DNA of 64,000 nt from Bacteroidales bacterium (GTDB taxonomy: Bacteria; Bacteroidota; Bacteroidia; Bacteroidales; UBA932). Numbering within the stretch: the stretch's first letter is position 1; the number at the start of each line of letters is the position of its first letter. The notes beneath the pieces are model-generated. The model was given only the letters and a program-made list of their open reading frames with translations. It had not been told where the DNA came from and searched no databases. The translations under genes and the position numbers were made by a program. Positions 28,435 to 39,036 of the stretch are shown piece by piece. The stretch covers positions 229-64,228 of the forward strand of contig JAGAKR010000029.1 in assembly GCA_017625535.1 (NCBI GenBank). Reading direction: 5' to 3'.

Positions 28435-29238
28435 TTACTTTATTTTACTTTCAAGAGGGCTTTTAAGATTCCTGTAACTTACAAGCCTCCCCTGTACACG
28501 TCCTACTATAATAGGTGACTCAAACAACAGCGGAATCTTGTTGTCATCATCCGTCACCCAAACATTCATGTCATCCTTGCCGGTAAACACACTGCCGGCA
28601 ACCAGTTTCACCGCAAACTTCAAGGTCTTGAATGTCCCCAGCCCCTTTATCTTCTTAACCTCCCTTCCTTCCAGAATAAAATAGAAATTGTATACATCAT
28701 CATCTATTGCAAAAGAGATGGGCTGCTTCACACCCAGCGCAACACTGTCAAAATCAATCCTGCGCACCTTGTAAAAAAGCGACGGAATATCAAAAGTATG
28801 CTCACTCCCCTGCAGTACAGTATCTTTTGGGGTCCGCTCATACTTCTGTATGCGCGCATCTATTTTATTCGTTTCATTGTCAAAATGGAAAGTGTTCCTC
28901 ATCCTGTACTTTCCCTCCTGGGTATCCCTGTAAAAATAGTGCGGCCTTATGGGATCCTCATAAAACTTGCTCTCAAAATGCTCCCTCACCTTAAAGATCA
29001 TATCATAGAACCTGAATGTCTTTCCGGTAATAATGCTGTGGAACATCCCGTCGGAATAAGAAAGATTGGTTACAGCCTCCCCCACATCAGTATCAACAGC
29101 ACCCCACTTGTAGTTCACCACATAAGTAAGGCTCTCCCCGTCCCTGTAGGGAATATCAGCACTCTGCCCCAGCGCCTGCAAGGCACCCAGCAGAACAAAA
29201 AGCAAGGTAAAAGCCGTATTCCCGATAAATCTCCTCAT
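28435..29238 (-). CDS. DUF3108-like secreted beta-barrel protein
   Basis: The 267-aa product has a signal peptide and the segment GESLTYVVNYKWGAVDTDVGEA, which is typical of that family as I recall it. Confidence 0.7.
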   Translation of the reverse strand: MRRFIGNTAFTLLFVLLGALQALGQSADIPYRDGESLTYVVNYKWGAVDTDVGEAVTNLSYSDGMFHSIITGKTFRFYDMIFKVREHFESKFYEDPIRPHYFYRDTQEGKYRMRNTFHFDNETNKIDARIQKYERTPKDTVLQGSEHTFDIPSLFYKVRRIDFDSVALGVKQPISFAIDDDVYNFYFILEGREVKKIKGLGTFKTLKFAVKLVAGSVFTGKDDMNVWVTDDDNKIPLLFESPIIVGRVQGRLVSYRNLKSPLESKIK

Positions 29239-29253
29239 ATTTTAAAGATTCTG

Positions 29254-30780
29254 TTAAAAATCACTGTTGCTGCCAAATTCATCATTTGCTCCTGCAAATG
29301 GGTCGGGCAAGTCTCCCGATGAATTCATCCTGGATTCATACTCACCTGCGCCACCTCCGGCAGGCATATCAAGCGCAGCATCCGTAACATCCACAAACCT
29401 CACCTCCGAATGGCGGAATCTCATTGGAACGTCACAAACCGAGCCGTTACGGTGTTTTGCAATTATTATCTCTGTCATACCCACCTGGCTCGGATCCTCA
29501 GCCATACCGTAGTAATCCGGCCTGTGGATGAACATTACAATATCGGCATCCTGCTCAATTGCACCCGACTCCCTCAAGTCGCTCAACTGAGGTCTCTTGG
29601 CCCCGCCCCTTGTCTCCACGGCACGGCTCAACTGCGACAATGCTATGATAGGGATATTCAGTTCCTTTGCAATGGCCTTCAATGAACGGGAGATTGAAGA
29701 AACCTCCTGTTCACGCATACCCTTCAACTCCGGCGGACCTGTCATCAGCTGCAGATAGTCTATCACTATCAGTTTCACACCTGCATTGGAAACAAGTCTC
29801 CTGGCTTTTGACCTGAACTCATATATTGAAAGTGAAGGGGTATCATCTATGTACAGGGGAGCCTCGGACAACTGGTTTATCCTGTTGTTCAACTGCTCCC
29901 ATTCATATGGCTCCAGTTTCTTTCCTCCCCTTATCTTCTCGGCAGAGAGGCCTGTCTCACTTACCATAAGACGTTTTACAAGCTGCACAGAAGACATCTC
30001 AAGAGAGAACACCGCTACAGGAACCTTATGCTCCACTGCCATATTCCTGGCCATTGTAAGGACAAATGCTGTCTTACCCATTGCCGGACGTGCCGCAATG
30101 ATTATCAGGTCTGATGCCTGCCATCCGTAAGTTACCCTGTCTATACCGGTATAGCCGCTCGGCACACCGCTCAAGCCGTCTGTCCTCTCCTGCACCGCCT
30201 GAAGTTCATCTATAGCCTCATTCAGGATATCCTTTACAGACTGGGTCTCCTTCTTCATATTCTTCTCAGCCAAGTTGAAAAGCTGCTGCTGGGTAGAATC
30301 CAGAAGGTCATCCACAGTTATGGTATCATCATACGATTTCTTCTGCACCTCGTGGGAAATGGAAATCATCTCCCTCTGTATATATTTCTGCAACAATACC
30401 TTTGTATGGAAATCAAGGTGGGCTGCCGCACCAATTCGCATACTCAGCTGGCTGAGGTAGTACGGACCTCCCACAACCTCAAGATCGTCTGTCTTGGCAA
30501 GTTCCTGCGCAACTGTGTATATATCTATAGGGGCGTGTTTGGAGGCAAGGGCAGAGATTGCCATATAAATCTTGCGGTTGGCCTCCTTGTAGAAACACTC
30601 GGGATTGAGCATATCCAGCACATCTGCCACAGAGTTTGGCTCAAGCAGCAATGCACCAAGCACAGCCTCCTCTATGTCCAATGCCTGAGGCGGCTTTCTG
30701 CCGGTTTCCAAACCTATAAGTTCAAGATTCTTTATCTGGTTGGAACCTTGCGCTCCCTTGTTTCCGTATCCTTTTGCCAT
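29254..30780 (-). CDS. dnaB: Replicative DNA helicase
   Basis: The Walker A motif is ARPAMGKTAF. Other segments are EMSSVQLVKRL, DYLQLM and SQLSRAVETR, plus an N-terminal DnaB domain. Confidence 0.96.
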   Translation of the reverse strand: MAKGYGNKGAQGSNQIKNLELIGLETGRKPPQALDIEEAVLGALLLEPNSVADVLDMLNPECFYKEANRKIYMAISALASKHAPIDIYTVAQELAKTDDLEVVGGPYYLSQLSMRIGAAAHLDFHTKVLLQKYIQREMISISHEVQKKSYDDTITVDDLLDSTQQQLFNLAEKNMKKETQSVKDILNEAIDELQAVQERTDGLSGVPSGYTGIDRVTYGWQASDLIIIAARPAMGKTAFVLTMARNMAVEHKVPVAVFSLEMSSVQLVKRLMVSETGLSAEKIRGGKKLEPYEWEQLNNRINQLSEAPLYIDDTPSLSIYEFRSKARRLVSNAGVKLIVIDYLQLMTGPPELKGMREQEVSSISRSLKAIAKELNIPIIALSQLSRAVETRGGAKRPQLSDLRESGAIEQDADIVMFIHRPDYYGMAEDPSQVGMTEIIIAKHRNGSVCDVPMRFRHSEVRFVDVTDAALDMPAGGGAGEYESRMNSSGDLPDPFAGANDEFGSNSDF

Positions 30781-30852
30781 ACTTCCGTTTATGAATTAAC
30801 AAGTAAAATTATAATCTTTTTTCCATTACTGCAATTTTAGTACCGCCAAGGA

Positions 30853-30891
30853 GAAAAAAAATCCTCCGCTCCGGCTGCCGGAATGGAGGAT
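30853..30891 (-). terminator. Rho-independent terminator after the zinc-ribbon coiled-coil gene
   Basis: The hairpin atcctcc...ccgg-cag-ccgg...ggaggat is followed on the minus strand by 8 T. Confidence 0.8.
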
Positions 30892-30917
30892 ATATGCTTT
30901 GAACCCCGTGGGAAGCA

Positions 30918-31742
30918 CTACTGCTCGTTCTCAAAATCTGGGCTTATAAGGATACGTCCGCAATACTCGCAAACGATGATTTTCTTGCTCAGCGCAATGT
31001 CAAGCTGCCTTTGTGGCGGAATCTTGTTGAAGCAACCGCCGCAGGCATCCCTCTTTATAGTTACAACCGCAAGCTTGTTCCTCAAGTTTGAACGCACTTT
31101 CTTGTATGCATTCAACATCCTTGGCTCAATCTGCTCCTGAAGCTCGGCAGAAAGTTTCAAGAGTTCCTCCTCCTCTTTCTGGGTCTCCTCTACAATTGTC
31201 TCAAGTTCCTTTCTCTTGTTCTCAAGGTCAATCTCCCTTCCCTCCAATGTTGCACTTGCATTTGCAAGAGCCTCTTTCTTCTCTACAAGAGCCCTGTTGG
31301 TATCACCTATCTTCTTCTCTGCAAGCTCAATCTCAAGGCTCTGGAACTCTATTTCTTTAGAAAGTGAATCATACTCCCTGTTGTTCTTCACATTGTTCCT
31401 CTGAGTTTCATATTTCTCAATGAGCGCCTTGCTGCTTACCATATCCTGTTTCTTCTGCGCAACAAATGCCTCACCATCCTTAATATCCTTCTCAAGGTTG
31501 GCAATCCTGGTCTTGAGCCCCTCAATTGAATCCTCAAGATCCTGAACCTCCAATGGAAGCTCACCTCTCAATAGATATATTTTATCAATCTTGGAATCTG
31601 CCTGCTGCAATTTGTACAGAAGACGGAGTTTTGTCTCCATACTTACATCTGATCCCAAGTCTTTTGCAATCTGCAAAGAGGTAAAAGTCTCTCCCTCAAC
31701 CACTGGGGGAACAACTGTGTTATTTTTCTTACTTGTAGCCAT
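30918..31742 (-). CDS. Coiled-coil protein with C-terminal C4 zinc ribbon (COG1579-like, NIF3 partner)
   Basis: The 274-aa product has a long heptad-rich region and ends with CGGCFNKIPPQ...VCEYCGRIL. Confidence 0.8.
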   Translation of the reverse strand: MATSKKNNTVVPPVVEGETFTSLQIAKDLGSDVSMETKLRLLYKLQQADSKIDKIYLLRGELPLEVQDLEDSIEGLKTRIANLEKDIKDGEAFVAQKKQDMVSSKALIEKYETQRNNVKNNREYDSLSKEIEFQSLEIELAEKKIGDTNRALVEKKEALANASATLEGREIDLENKRKELETIVEETQKEEEELLKLSAELQEQIEPRMLNAYKKVRSNLRNKLAVVTIKRDACGGCFNKIPPQRQLDIALSKKIIVCEYCGRILISPDFENEQ

Positions 31743-31750
31743 ACTTAAGT

Positions 31751-32512
31751 TTAATGGTAGTATATAGGATTATTATTTCTTTTACTGATTGAAACTGCAA
31801 AGGTAGGAAAATTTTTGGAAAGTATATTTGCAAATACATCAACTATACCATATTCACTTGGATAATGTCCTATGTCCATTATCATAAAACCTTTCTCCGT
31901 ATAGAACTCATGGTAAGTTACATCGCCCGTAATGTACACCTGTGCCCCTTTGGACATTGCATCACCAATGAAGGATTTTCCGCTCCCTCCACATACCGCC
32001 ACACGGGTAATCTTCTCCTCCAGCAATTTTGAGCACCTTACAGCCTCCACTCCAAAAGCCTCCTTTACCATCCCTGCAAATACTTCTGCTCCGACAGGCT
32101 CCTGCAATGACCCCACAACGCCAAAACTGTCGGGAGTAAGGAATTCCCTCTCCTGCAGCCCAAGTTTGTCTGCCATGGCACTGCTTACCCCTCCTGCAGC
32201 CTTGTCCATATTGGTGTGTGCAGCATAAATGGTTATGTTGTGCTGTATTGCCTTGATTATTGTCCTGCCAAGCCAGTTCTGCGGAGAGATTTTCTTTACC
32301 CCGCCAAAGATGAGGGGATGGTGCGCAATTATTATATCTGCCCCACACTCTATTGCCTCATCCACAACCTCCTCGGTGCAATCCAATGCAATGAGGGCCT
32401 TGGAAACCTCTGCGTACGGGTCTCCTACAGAAAACCCGCAGTTGTCCCACTTCTCCTGCACCTCCAAAGGAGCCAGTTCCTCTATAGGCCTTACCAGATC
32501 AATTGCCCTCAT
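31751..32512 (-). CDS. Nif3-family dinuclear metal-centre protein
   Basis: The start MRAIDLVRPIEELAPLEVQEKWDNCG is typical of Nif3, and IIAHHPLIF and HTNMD are present. The ATG at 32512 is preferred over 32536. Confidence 0.88.
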   Translation of the reverse strand: MRAIDLVRPIEELAPLEVQEKWDNCGFSVGDPYAEVSKALIALDCTEEVVDEAIECGADIIIAHHPLIFGGVKKISPQNWLGRTIIKAIQHNITIYAAHTNMDKAAGGVSSAMADKLGLQEREFLTPDSFGVVGSLQEPVGAEVFAGMVKEAFGVEAVRCSKLLEEKITRVAVCGGSGKSFIGDAMSKGAQVYITGDVTYHEFYTEKGFMIMDIGHYPSEYGIVDVFANILSKNFPTFAVSISKRNNNPIYYH

Positions 32513-32882
32513 AACTTGCCTCCTCCTCAACTTCATCTTTGGAATCCAGTGCGCGCGAAATGTTCTGCAACTTCTCCTTTATGGATGTGAGCATACTAAT
32601 CACCTCTACCCTCTTGTCCTCTCCGGTAATGTTGTCCTTCATCCTCTTGGCCGCTCCCTCAAGGGTCATACCCCTCTCCTTTACCAGATAATAGATTACC
32701 TTGAAGTTTGCCAGATCCCTTGCAGTGAAGAGACGGTTGCCCTTCTTGTTTCTGGCAGGTTTTATGAAATCCGGAAACTTGCCGGCCCAAAAGCGTACCA
32801 GCGATGCATTTTCACCAAGAATCTCAGACACCTCTCCAATGGTGTAGTAGAGTTTTTCTACAGGTTTCTCCTTATATGGCAT
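32499..32882 (-). CDS. MerR-family HTH transcriptional regulator (short form)
   Basis: The segment YYTIGEVSEILGENASLVRFW...RLFTARDLANFKVIYYLVKERGMTLEGA forms the HTH. Confidence 0.85.
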   Translation of the reverse strand: MPYKEKPVEKLYYTIGEVSEILGENASLVRFWAGKFPDFIKPARNKKGNRLFTARDLANFKVIYYLVKERGMTLEGAAKRMKDNITGEDKRVEVISMLTSIKEKLQNISRALDSKDEVEEEASYEGN

Positions 32883-32900
32883 AATTCACAAATTGTTTGT

Positions 32901-33854
32901 CTAGTCCAACGATTGTCCGGTATTGGCCACTACAATGGCCATCTCCCTGAACATCTGCGGTGAAAGGCTGGCAAAAAAGTAGTTCATGGGGTCCATTGCC
33001 TCACCATTGTACCACACCTCATAATGCAGATGGGGTGCAAAAGACATTCCGGACATTCCAACCCTCCCTATTACTGTACCCTGTGACACCTTCTGTCCTT
33101 GTCTTACCAGGATATTGCCAAGGTTGTTGTATTTTGTAACATAACCGTTTCTATGGTTTATTGTTATGCTGTTGCCATCCTTCTTCCCCTTTCTGGTGGC
33201 CTTCTCCACCACTCCGTCTGCCGCTGCCAGCACCTCTGCCCCTGTTGCCGCAAGCAGATCCATCCCCGTATGCATTGTAACGCTCTTATAGAAAGGGTTC
33301 ACTTTCTTACCTACAGATGCTCCGGACTGGTTTATGGAAAAATTCCTCAGCGGCACAATTGAGGGGATTGCTGTTGTCCCTTTCCCCAACTCTCCAAGAT
33401 TATCATTTATGGCCTCAATTGAAGCATCCACCCTTTCTGCCCCCCTCTCCAGAACTGCAAGCCTCAACTTGGAATCCTCAACTATCGATTCCATACGGGT
33501 GGTATCTATCCCTTCAAACATATCATAGCCGCCGGAAGCATAAAACACTGGAGGTTCGGCATTGAATATGCTCCTGTAAATCTCCCTGTCACGCTGCTGC
33601 AGCCCTGTGATGGTATTTTCAAGCACCTCAGACCTCTGCAGCATCTTGTCATACTCCTGCTGCATAAGGGCAGTCTCCCTCTCAAGCGCCCTCTCCTCTT
33701 CAGTGCTTACAAAAAGTGAGAATATTGCATAATACAGCACGGCCAGGAGCAGGCTCATTACAAAATACTTCAAAGCCCTCCCTGTCCACCATTTCACCCC
33801 TCTTTTTTCCGCTACAAAGTTAAGTTGGTCCTTATTGAATCTGTATTTGCCCAT
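32901..33854 (-). CDS. M23-family metallopeptidase with N-terminal TM helix and coiled coil
   Basis: The LytM motifs are HTGMDL and GMSFAPHLHYEV. The stop and start overlap (TGATG) with the upstream paralogue. Confidence 0.88.
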   Translation of the reverse strand: MGKYRFNKDQLNFVAEKRGVKWWTGRALKYFVMSLLLAVLYYAIFSLFVSTEEERALERETALMQQEYDKMLQRSEVLENTITGLQQRDREIYRSIFNAEPPVFYASGGYDMFEGIDTTRMESIVEDSKLRLAVLERGAERVDASIEAINDNLGELGKGTTAIPSIVPLRNFSINQSGASVGKKVNPFYKSVTMHTGMDLLAATGAEVLAAADGVVEKATRKGKKDGNSITINHRNGYVTKYNNLGNILVRQGQKVSQGTVIGRVGMSGMSFAPHLHYEVWYNGEAMDPMNYFFASLSPQMFREMAIVVANTGQSLD

Positions 33855-34834
33855 CAGTCAGCAATTGCAACATTGGTTTCAGAATAAGGTTTGACCATAG
33901 CCATATACTCCTCCCCTGTTATCTCCTGATTGTAATAGTTGAGCGGGTTCACCCTGTTGTTCCTGTATATGACCTCATAATGAAGATGCACTCCTACCGA
34001 TTTGCCGGTATTTCCCATTGTGGCAATCTGATCTCCTCTATCCACCACATCTCCAACCTTCACCATCATCTTATGCAGATGGGCATATCTTGTCTTGTAT
34101 CCGAATCCGTGGTCTATGATAATCTCCCTGCCATAACCGAAGAAACTGTTCCTCACCTCAACAACCTTGCCGTCACCCGCCGCATAGATGGGTTCCCCCT
34201 TGTTTCCCGACAAGTCAATGCCCTGATGCATCCTGGTAGTGCCGTACACCGGGTCCTTGCGGAAACCGAAAAGGCTGGAAAGCCTTACATTGTCAAGTGC
34301 AACCGGTGGAATTGCAGGGACACAAGATGCCATATCATCTGCCCTGCGGGCAAGCATTGCCACTTCATCATATGATTTGGACTGCACGTAAGCCTTCTTG
34401 TAGATGATGTCCATCCTCTTTACAGCATTAAGGAGCATATCCGAATTTGAAACCTGCTCAAGATGCCCATATCTGTTCACTCCTCCAAAGCCTGCATCAC
34501 GCACATCCTGTGAAAGTTCCTCCATACCAAAAACGGGGCGGTACACATTGTTGTCCCTCATCTGCAGCTCCGCCAGCACCTGATTGCTCTGCTCAAACTT
34601 CCTCTCCAGAAGTTCATACCTTGAATCCAGTTCAACATATCTGTGCTTGAGAAGGATTGTCTTTGGAGTCTCAAGTCCGAAATACTGGGTATACAAAAGA
34701 TAGTAGCCCACAAAAGCTGCTATGCTGAGCACAAACAGCACAACCCCCTTGGAAAAACGTTTTGCCAAAGGAATCCTGTGCACCTCATATGCGAGTGTCT
34801 GGCTGTTGAACTTATATCTTTTCTTCCTGAACAT
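33854..34834 (-). CDS. M23-family metallopeptidase with N-terminal TM helix and coiled coil (paralogue)
   Basis: The LytM motifs are HQGIDL and GKSVGVHLHYEV. Confidence 0.88.
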   Translation of the reverse strand: MFRKKRYKFNSQTLAYEVHRIPLAKRFSKGVVLFVLSIAAFVGYYLLYTQYFGLETPKTILLKHRYVELDSRYELLERKFEQSNQVLAELQMRDNNVYRPVFGMEELSQDVRDAGFGGVNRYGHLEQVSNSDMLLNAVKRMDIIYKKAYVQSKSYDEVAMLARRADDMASCVPAIPPVALDNVRLSSLFGFRKDPVYGTTRMHQGIDLSGNKGEPIYAAGDGKVVEVRNSFFGYGREIIIDHGFGYKTRYAHLHKMMVKVGDVVDRGDQIATMGNTGKSVGVHLHYEVIYRNNRVNPLNYYNQEITGEEYMAMVKPYSETNVAIAD

Positions 34835-34861
34835 CAGATAAAAACCCTATTTTATGACCTG

Positions 34862-34869
34862 CAAATATA
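34862..34869 (-). promoter_or_regulatory. -7 box TATATTTG upstream of the M23/MerR/NIF3 gene string
   Basis: Plus-strand caaatata lies 28 nt upstream of the ATG at 34834. Confidence 0.5.
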
Positions 34870-34889
34870 AAAAATAAAATTAAAAAGAT

Positions 34890-34897
34890 TATTTTTG
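34890..34897 (+). promoter_or_regulatory. -7 box TATTTTTG upstream of alaS
   Basis: The box matches TAnnTTTG and ends 18 nt before the alaS ATG. Confidence 0.5.
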
Positions 34898-34915
34898 CAT
34901 TCAACTTAATTAAGA

Positions 34916-37537
34916 ATGAGTATGACATCAAACCAGATAAGAGAATGCTTTTTGGAGTTTTTCCGCTCTAAAAACCATACCATAGTTCCATCTGCACCTA
35001 TGGTTGTTAAAGATGACCCTACACTAATGTTCACAAATGCCGGCATGAACCAGTTCAAGGACTGGTTCCTTGGAAACAGCCAGGTAAAGTACCACAGGGT
35101 GGCAGATTCACAGAAATGTCTTAGAGTAAGCGGCAAGCACAACGACCTTGAGGAGGTTGGACACGACACCTACCACCACACAATGTTTGAGATGCTGGGC
35201 AACTGGAGTTTTGGAGACTACTTCAAGACAGAGGCCATAGACTGGGCTTGGGAACTTCTTACAGAGGTTTACAAACTTGACAAGGACCGCCTTTATGCAA
35301 CCGTTTTTGAGGGGTCTGAGCAGGATGGAGTGGCAATGGACCAGGAGGCCAAAGATGCATGGCTGAAGCACCTCCCTGCAGAGAGGATCATACTTGGAAA
35401 CAAGAAGGACAACTTCTGGGAAATGGGTGAGACCGGACCTTGCGGCCCTTGCAGTGAGATACATATAGACCTCAGGAGTGATGAGGAGCGTGCACAGGTT
35501 CCCGGCGTTGAACTTGTAAACAAGAGCCACCATCTTGTAATTGAGATCTGGAATCTTGTATTCATGCAGTACAACAGAAAGGCCAACGGCTCCCTTGAAC
35601 CTCTTCCACAGAAACACGTGGATACAGGAATGGGACTTGAGAGGCTCTGTATGGCATTGCAGGCAAAGAAGAGCAACTACGATACTGACGTATTCCAGAA
35701 CATGATTGCAGAGATTTCACACCTTACCGGAGTGGAATACAATGCAGACGGCAATACCGGTGTTGCAATGAGGGTTATTGCAGACCACATAAGGGCAATC
35801 AGTTTCTCAATTGCAGACGGCCAGCTCCCTTCAAATGTAAAGGCCGGCTACGTAATAAGGAGAATCCTCAGGAGGGCAGTACGCTACGCATATACATTCC
35901 TCAAAATGGACCAGCCTCTACTGTGCAGACTGGTACCTACCCTTGTTGCACAGATGGGAGATGCATTCCCTGAACTGAAACAGCAGCAGGGCATTGTGGA
36001 AAAGGTGATAAAAGAGGAGGAGGAGGCATTCCTCAGAACCCTGGACAAGGGGATAAAACTTATGGACAACATTATAAAGAACAATGCAGAGAGCAAGATG
36101 GTATCCGGCAAAGATGCATTTGTCCTTTATGATACATTCGGCTTCCCGATAGACCTTACCGAACTTATTGCCAAAGAACACGGATACACAGTTGACCTTA
36201 ATGAGTTTGAAGCGGAACTGCAGCAGCAGAAGAACCGCAGCCGCAATGCAACAGCAGTTGAAGAGGGGGACTGGGTGGAGGTTCACCCATATTCGGCTAC
36301 CGAATTCACCGGATACGACAGTACCCGTGAGGAGAATGTGAAACTCCTCAAATACAGGAAAGTGAAGGCGAAGAACAAGGAGAGCGTCCAACTTGTGTTT
36401 GACAAGAGCCCGTTCTATGCTGAGAGCGGCGGACAGACAGGTGACAGCGGACACATAGTTTTCCCTGGCGGAGAGAAGATTGAGATTGTAAACACCATAA
36501 AGGAGAACGGACTCCCTGTACACATTGCAACAGCGGTACCGTCAGACCCTGCAGCAACATTCACCGCAGAGATTGACACTGCCCGCAGACAGTCCATAAC
36601 AAACAACCATACAGCAACCCACCTGCTGCACAAGGCTTTGAGGGAGACTCTCGGCACACACATAGAACAGAAAGGTTCATCTGTAACTGCAACAGGATTC
36701 AGGTTCGACTTCTCACACTTTGAGAAGATAGACGCTGCAACTTTGAGGAATGTTGAAAAACTTGTGAACAGATACATAAGGGAGAACAGGCCACGTACAG
36801 AGTTCAGGAACCTCCCTATAGATGAGGCAAAGGCCAAAGGTGCAATGGCACTGTTCGGAGAGAAATACGGAGATACCGTACGTGTAATCCAATATGGAGA
36901 TTCAATTGAACTTTGTGGCGGTACACACGTGGAGGCTACCGGAAATATAGGAATATTCAAGATCCTTTCAGAGGGCGCTGTTGCCGCAGGCATAAGGAGA
37001 ATTGAGGCAACTACAGGTGAAAATGCCGAGAATCTGCTTTATGCTGCAGAAGATATGATCCTGCAGATAAAATCATTCTTCAACAACACCCCTAACCTTA
37101 CAGGTTCAATAAAGAAACTCATCACAGACAATGATGCCCTTAAGAAAAATGCGGAAGAGTTTATGAAAGAGAGGGCCATTACACTTAAGGATACATTGCT
37201 CAAGAGTGCAAAAGACATAAACGGCTACAATGTCATAGCAGTGAAAGGCATATTCCTTCCTGAGGTTATAAAGAATGTGGCAAACTTATTGAAGCAGGAG
37301 TGCAACAATACCGTATTCATTGCCGCAACATCACACGAAGAGAAGCCTTCTCTCACCCTTATGTATACAGACGACCTTACTGCAAAAGGTTCAAATGCAG
37401 GAAAGGATATAAGGGAGGCTGCAAAACTCATAAACGGTGGCGGTGGCGGACAGCCGTTCCTTGCTACAGCGGGCGGAAAGAATATGGACGGGCTCAATGC
37501 CGCTTTTGACAAACTTATTGAGACTGCAACCAAATAA
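34916..37537 (+). CDS. alaS: Alanine--tRNA ligase
   Basis: The 873-aa product contains [10 protein letters not shown], the [18 protein letters not shown] region, the editing-domain motif HTATHLLH...CGGTH and a C-terminal DHHA1-like domain (GGGGGQP). Confidence 0.97.
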   Translation: MSMTSNQIRECFLEFFRSKNHTIVPSAPMVVKDDPTLMFTNAGMNQFKDWFLGNSQVKYHRVADSQKCLRVSGKHNDLEEVGHDTYHHTMFEMLGNWSFGDYFKTEAIDWAWELLTEVYKLDKDRLYATVFEGSEQDGVAMDQEAKDAWLKHLPAERIILGNKKDNFWEMGETGPCGPCSEIHIDLRSDEERAQVPGVELVNKSHHLVIEIWNLVFMQYNRKANGSLEPLPQKHVDTGMGLERLCMALQAKKSNYDTDVFQNMIAEISHLTGVEYNADGNTGVAMRVIADHIRAISFSIADGQLPSNVKAGYVIRRILRRAVRYAYTFLKMDQPLLCRLVPTLVAQMGDAFPELKQQQGIVEKVIKEEEEAFLRTLDKGIKLMDNIIKNNAESKMVSGKDAFVLYDTFGFPIDLTELIAKEHGYTVDLNEFEAELQQQKNRSRNATAVEEGDWVEVHPYSATEFTGYDSTREENVKLLKYRKVKAKNKESVQLVFDKSPFYAESGGQTGDSGHIVFPGGEKIEIVNTIKENGLPVHIATAVPSDPAATFTAEIDTARRQSITNNHTATHLLHKALRETLGTHIEQKGSSVTATGFRFDFSHFEKIDAATLRNVEKLVNRYIRENRPRTEFRNLPIDEAKAKGAMALFGEKYGDTVRVIQYGDSIELCGGTHVEATGNIGIFKILSEGAVAAGIRRIEATTGENAENLLYAAEDMILQIKSFFNNTPNLTGSIKKLITDNDALKKNAEEFMKERAITLKDTLLKSAKDINGYNVIAVKGIFLPEVIKNVANLLKQECNNTVFIAATSHEEKPSLTLMYTDDLTAKGSNAGKDIREAAKLINGGGGGQPFLATAGGKNMDGLNAAFDKLIETATK

Positions 37538-37548
37538 TTGAAGGCGTT

Positions 37549-39027
37549 TTGAAGAAACTGGATCTTTTTGTGCTCAAGTCCTTCCTGGGACCATTCATAA
37601 TGACATTCCTGATTGTGCTGTTTGTCCTTATGATGCAGTTCCTATGGCTCTACATAGATGAACTTGTAGGAAAAGGTCTGAGCCTTGGGGTTATTTTTGA
37701 GTTCCTGGGTTGGGGAAGTGCAACACTGTTTCCACTTGCACTTCCTCTTGCAACCCTGCTGGCCTCAATAATGACAATGGGCAGTTTTGGAGAGAACAAC
37801 GAACTTCTGGCAATGAAGGCAGCGGGAATTCCTCTGCTCAGGATACTGGCACCTCTTATGGTGCTTTCGTTGTTCATAAGTGTGGCTGCATTCTTTGCAT
37901 CCAACAACCTGATTCCGGTTGCATACGAAAAGATCTACACCCTCAGGGATGACATAGGGAAGACCAAGGAGGAGATAAAGATTCCTACCGGCATCTTCTA
38001 CAACGGAATAGACGGATATACCTTAAGGATTGTGAGCCGTGACGAGAATGACATGATGCACAACGTAATGGTATACGACCACAGCAAAGGGGAAGGGAAC
38101 ATAAGCCTTACCGTTGCTGATTCCGGCAAGATAAACATGCATTCCGGCAAGAGCAGCCTTACATTCACACTCTACAACGGCACAAACTACGAAGAGACTA
38201 ACAAGGTTACAGCCAGGGACAGTACATACACCCTGCAGAAGGTGAACTTTGAGATGCAGGAGGTGATAATACCACTGGAGAATTACGCCTACAAGAAATC
38301 AGACAAGTCAAAATACGGCAATGAGGTTATGACAAAAGGGCTTGCCCAGTTGCGTGTAGACAGGGACTCTCTTACCGCAAGGCACGAAAAATCCCTAAGT
38401 ACACAGGTAAGGAAAGCAATCTTCACCGATGACCTCCGCTATGCATACCAGTTGGACACCACCAACGGGAAGGACAAGAAATTCAAGGGGACAATATGTG
38501 CAGACTCGCTGTTCAAATGGAAGAGCGTGGAGGATGAATGTGATGCATACAAAAAGGCCGTAACCCAGATAGACCAGCAGATATCAAATGTAAAATACTT
38601 TCCACAAGACCTCAACACCATTGCATACCCGTTGAGGAGAACCATACAGGAAAGTTTCAGGAAGTTCACCCTTTCAATTGCCTGCATCATCTTCTTCTTC
38701 ATTGGGGCTCCGCTTGGTGCCATAATAAGGAAGGGAGGACTGGGCACTCCTGTAATTGTATCAATGCTGTTCTTTGTAATCTACTGGGTAGTTGACATAA
38801 GTGGAAAGAAACTGGCAAATGACGGAGCCATAACCCCATTCATAGGGGCGTTCATATCTACATTTGTCCTCTTCCCGATGGGTGCATTCCTCACCTGGAA
38901 ATCCACCAAGGATTCGGCACTGTTCAATGCCGATTCTTATCTGTCATTCTTCAAAAGGTTTTTCAGCAAAGAGTTCTGGAAAGCGGGATTCAAACTGATG
39001 AAGAAAAAACTTTTACACAGAAAATAA
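37549..39027 (+). CDS. LptF/LptG-family permease (YjgP/YjgQ)
   Basis: The gene has a TTG start. The product has N-terminal TM helices, a large periplasmic insert and C-terminal TM helices. Confidence 0.8.
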   Translation: MKKLDLFVLKSFLGPFIMTFLIVLFVLMMQFLWLYIDELVGKGLSLGVIFEFLGWGSATLFPLALPLATLLASIMTMGSFGENNELLAMKAAGIPLLRILAPLMVLSLFISVAAFFASNNLIPVAYEKIYTLRDDIGKTKEEIKIPTGIFYNGIDGYTLRIVSRDENDMMHNVMVYDHSKGEGNISLTVADSGKINMHSGKSSLTFTLYNGTNYEETNKVTARDSTYTLQKVNFEMQEVIIPLENYAYKKSDKSKYGNEVMTKGLAQLRVDRDSLTARHEKSLSTQVRKAIFTDDLRYAYQLDTTNGKDKKFKGTICADSLFKWKSVEDECDAYKKAVTQIDQQISNVKYFPQDLNTIAYPLRRTIQESFRKFTLSIACIIFFFIGAPLGAIIRKGGLGTPVIVSMLFFVIYWVVDISGKKLANDGAITPFIGAFISTFVLFPMGAFLTWKSTKDSALFNADSYLSFFKRFFSKEFWKAGFKLMKKKLLHRK

Positions 39028-39036
39028 TTTTATACA

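Noticed and set aside
32229-32963. A 244-aa plus-strand ORF overlapping the NIF3, MerR and M23 genes
   Set aside because: It is antisense to three motif-bearing genes and has low-complexity content with no recognisable domain. The same reasoning applies to the long antisense ORFs inside pnp (19240..20074), alaS (35918..36993), the HTCS gene (49523..50119) and the pilin genes.
32901-34834. Tandem M23 peptidase paralogues with a TGATG overlap, considered as a toxin/immunity or effector pair
   Set aside because: Both have the same TM plus coiled-coil plus LytM architecture (EnvC/NlpD-like) with intact HxxxD and HxH motifs. They sit in a housekeeping string with MerR, NIF3 and COG1579 genes. Nothing suggests an accessory or antagonistic role.
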